In this document: positions 62,893-64,000 of the stretch, in pieces
Position numbering within the stretch: the first letter of the stretch is position 1
Layout: every line of letters begins with the position of its first letter
Origin: Phoronis australis
Lineage: Eukaryota > Animalia > Phoronida
Assembly (NCBI GenBank): GCA_002633005.1
Contig: NMRA01000647.1
Location: forward strand, 89,050 to 153,049
DNA length: 64,000 bases
Direction of reading: 5' to 3'
Made by a program: the position numbers and the translations under genes
Notes under the pieces: model-generated
Seen by the model: the letters and a program-made list of their open reading frames with translations, nothing else
Database searches by the model: none
What the model was told of the DNA's origin: nothing

Positions 62893-64000
62893 AACAAGAG
62901 TAACGCAGGGTATTGAAATGCACCCACAAATGTACCACAAACGGTGTGCTTGAAGGGGTGCTTATTTGGATCATAAAAATGGTAACTAGATGATGCAAAA
63001 TACCTCGAATCCATCCAAAAACTGATACGTGTCATCAAAGCTATTTACCAAATTTCATAAAAATCTGTCAAGGAACTTTTGAGAGAAAAAGGAAAACGAA
63101 AAAATGTAACTGCCACTAAGAGGCGCCATAGTAGAAGAATTTGTTGGAAAATCACCATCAGACTTCCTTTTCACATTAGGAACATATACCAATTTCCACA
63201 AGCATCCTTAGAGTAGTTACGTTGATAAAGAGGCAAACGTCAAATAACAAAACTCGAAAACAGTAAAAATGGCCACAAGGTGGTACAAAATACCACAAAT
63301 AAAACTGAAAACCAGAGGATAGCATCAGTTCACTAATAGATGCTTATCTATCAAATTATATAAAAATCCGTTGACGACCCAGGAAGATACAGATGTAAAC
63401 GTAAAAACTAAAATTGCCACTAGGGGGCACACTGGTGGTCCGATCCGTACGAAAGTTGTTCTCTGTTGTCAACTTCATGTACATACACCAGCAAAATTCA
63501 ATAAAGATCCTGTAGAGGGCTTAAGAAATATAGCCATGGACCCAAAAACAAAACAAAAACTGCCACTAGGAGGCGCCACAGTACTCAAAGTCATCAGAAA
63601 ACCATCGTCAGCTGCCCTCTTCACAGTAAGAACTCCTATGCCAATTTTCAAAATCATCCCTAGAGTCGTTTGGTCGAAAACATTGAAAATGGCCACTAGG
63701 TGGTACAAAGTACCTCAAATCCATCCAAAATGGGAGGATGGAATCATCTCACTAATAAATTCCTAAAGTCTGCCAAATTTTATGAAAATCGGTTGAAGGC
63801 CACCGAAGATATAGAGGCAAGCGTAAAAAACTAAAATTGTCACTAGGGAGCACACCGGTAGTCGGAGAGGTCCGAAATTTGTTGTCATACGTCCTCAGGA
63901 ACACATCTGTCAAATTTGAGATCCTATGTGGGGTACATGTGCGGATGACAGATGCCCGGACACCCAGACAGACAGAGATGAGAGCAATATGCGACCACAT
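62893..64000 (-). mobile_element. HINE/DINE-1-like element, copy 3 (5' end at window edge)
   Basis: Reverse complement: atgtggtcgcatattgc..tctgtctgtc microsatellite, repeated ccactaggNggc motifs, end gtgggtgcatttcaataccctgcgttactcttgtt. Confidence 0.6.

Overview
AT-rich, intron-rich animal genomic DNA, probably a marine invertebrate (inferred from gene and repeat content; species not identifiable), with four assembly gaps. Four spliced protein-coding genes can be rebuilt by hand with canonical GT-AG sites and consistent intron phases. (1) The 5' part of a V-ATPase V0 subunit a gene (minus strand, 4 coding exons, runs off the left edge). (2) A complete 9-exon secreted GH18 chitinase (plus strand, 471 aa) whose tail is a 6-Cys module that does not look like CBM14. 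(3) A Cys-less ('Pro-loop') pentameric ligand-gated ion channel subunit (plus strand, 7 exons found, 5' end unresolved) with a Lys at the M2 2' pore position. (4) A SOCS7-like gene (minus strand, about 1114 aa) with a ~935-aa disordered N-terminus carrying repeated tyrosine motifs; its SH2 exon appears twice around a gap, probably an assembly haplotype duplication. Introns and intergenic DNA hold PIF/Harbinger MITEs and a deleted Harbinger element, a hAT-like element with a 5-bp TSD, three Helentron/DINE-1-like copies, two LINE 3' remnants and many minisatellites. No CRISPR, rRNA or intact tRNA was seen. I found no multi-gene novel system; the best leads are the unusual channel, the chitinase tail and the SOCS7 tyrosine array.
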